The notes under the pieces were generated by a model that was given only the letters and a program-made list of their open reading frames with translations, did not search any database and was not told the origin of the DNA. This document shows positions 62,480-64,000 of a stretch of DNA of 64,000 bases, piece by piece. The DNA is from Octopus bimaculoides. Lineage: Eukaryota. The stretch lies in contig NC_068982.1 of NCBI RefSeq assembly GCF_001194135.2, positions 148,499,774-148,563,773 of the forward strand. The letters run 5' to 3'. The position numbers were made by a program, and so were the translations under genes. The number at the start of each line of letters is the position of its first letter. Position 1 is the stretch's first letter.

Positions 62480-63047
62480 CCGATATACAAGTGTCTTCTG
62501 CTTTAGCCTTGAGCCGACCAAAGCCTTGTGAGTGGATTTGGTTGATGAAAACTGAAAGAAGCCCGTCATATACATATATATACACATATATATATGTTTG
62601 TATATGTATGTCTGTGTGTTTCAGTGTCTCTGTTTGTCCCTCCACCATCACTTGACAAACAATGTTGGTGTGTTTACATCCCCATAACTTTGCAGTTCAG
62701 TGAAAGAGGCCAATAGAATAAGTACTAGGCTTATAAAAATAAGTCCTGGGGTCGACTTGTTCGACGAAAAGGTGGTGTTCCATCATGGCCATAGTCAAAT
62801 GACTGAAATAAGTAAAAGAATAAAAAAACATTCTTTATTGTTTAATCTTTTTACTTGTTTTAAGTCATTATACTGTGGCCATGCTGGAGCTCTGCCTTGA
62901 AAAAGTTTAGTTGAGTGATTCAATCCAGTACTATTTTTTTTACGCCTGGTACTTATTCTATCAGTTTCTTTTGTTGCACTGCTAAGTTATGGGGTCATAA
63001 ACACACCAGCACCTGTCAAGCAGTGGAGGTAGACAAACACAGACACA

Positions 63048-63095
<48 letters not shown>

Positions 63096-63475
63096 AATAT
63101 ATATATGTATATATATATACCGGAGTAAGCACGTAAATGTGCAACAAGGTGGAAAAAGGAGTACTCAAATATCAGAGGTAGAGTAATATGCTTTATTTAA
63201 AAGCAGCAGAAATATAACAAAAGACTGTTACTTGGAGTTTCATGTTCCCGTTCATCGGACAGTTTTGTTAGTTCATGAGCTGAAACTAGATAAAATGAAA
63301 ATGAAATATATATATATATATATAAATGCAATGGGCTTCTTTCAGTTTCTGTCTACTAAATTCACTCACAAAGCTTTGGGCGGCCCGAGGCTATAAAAGA
63401 AGGCACTTGCCCAAGTGGGAATGAACCTGGAACCATGAGGCTGAAAAGCAATCTTCTTACCACACAGCCATGATT
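62480..63475. mobile_element. Two SINE family C copies tail-to-tail (+ 62480-62825; - 62825-63475), the second with a nested insertion
   Basis: aataagtaaaagaat ends copy 1; ttttacttgttt begins the reverse copy, whose head lies at 63330-63475. Confidence 0.75.
63119..63305 (-). mobile_element. Penelope-like terminal element with a decayed minimal hammerhead (63224-63263), inserted in the SINE's (TA)n
   Basis: Minus strand ACTGT-CCGATGA-ACGGGAACAT-GAAA-CTCCAAG-TA-ACAGT; (TA)n on both sides. Confidence 0.65.
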
Positions 63476-63661
63476 TCACCTCTGTATATCATTGTTATCA
63501 TCATCATCATCGTCATCATCGTCGTCGTCGTCGTCATCATCATCATCATCATCATCATCATGATTATCATCATTTAATATCCTCCTTCAAAACTATCTAA
63601 TCCATGCACGAAGTGATAGTGATGATGATAATGATGATGATGATGATGATGATGAATATAT

Positions 63662-63692
<31 letters not shown>

Positions 63693-63848
63693 AAATATTG
63701 TGTAATTTAATATATATGTGATATAATTGTAACCTGATTGAAATAAATACCAATCAAATCATACATTTTAAAATATAATGCATATATTGTTTTCACCTGG
63801 GAGATAATTTTGTTTTTGTAATTTAAACACTTGTAAAACTATACTCAC

Positions 63849-63958
63849 ATCTATATACTTCATTAGCCAGGCTAAAAGGTAAATATTTGCACAAATAAAC
63901 ATATTTATATGCTCTAATAGCTATCAGTAAGCAAAAATGTGAGATATTGGAAACAAAC
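63849..63958 (-). other. Putative spliced exon (110 nt), coding status uncertain
   Basis: Long polypyrimidine acceptor tttttgtc(t)ncattttaattctacatactattag|G and consensus donor AGAT|GTGAGT; one frame is open (FVSNISHF...NEVYR). Confidence 0.45.
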
Positions 63959-64000
63959 CTAATAGTATGTAGAATTAAAATGAAAAAAAAAGACAAAAAA

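Overview
AT-rich eukaryotic genomic DNA saturated with microsatellites and containing about seven large N-gaps. The repeat families, (AT)/(GAT)/(TAA) arrays and draft-assembly style suggest a coleoid cephalopod, most likely Octopus (inference from sequence style, not a search). Nearly all ORFs in the supplied track are microsatellite or gap artefacts. The real content is mostly transposon debris: about 19 truncated 3' ends of one RTE-type LINE, several tRNA-derived SINE families (two copies with clean 15-17 bp TSDs), a cluster of R4/Dong-like restriction-endonuclease LINE fragments in (TAA)n arrays, and hAT, mariner, piggyBac, Gypsy, Helentron-like and Penelope (GIY-YIG) remnants. A chain of phase-compatible minus-strand exons at about 55.2-64 kb may encode a small unknown protein. 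The most interesting signal is a set of short palindromic elements inserted in (TA)n tracts whose arms fold into type-I hammerhead-ribozyme-like motifs (37.8-38.0 kb, 49.5-49.6 kb, 53.7 kb, 63.2 kb, with partial ones at 8.7 and 11.7 kb). They represent several distinct, probably Penelope-related families. Most repeat boundaries are by-eye estimates; splice, TSD and hammerhead coordinates were counted by hand.
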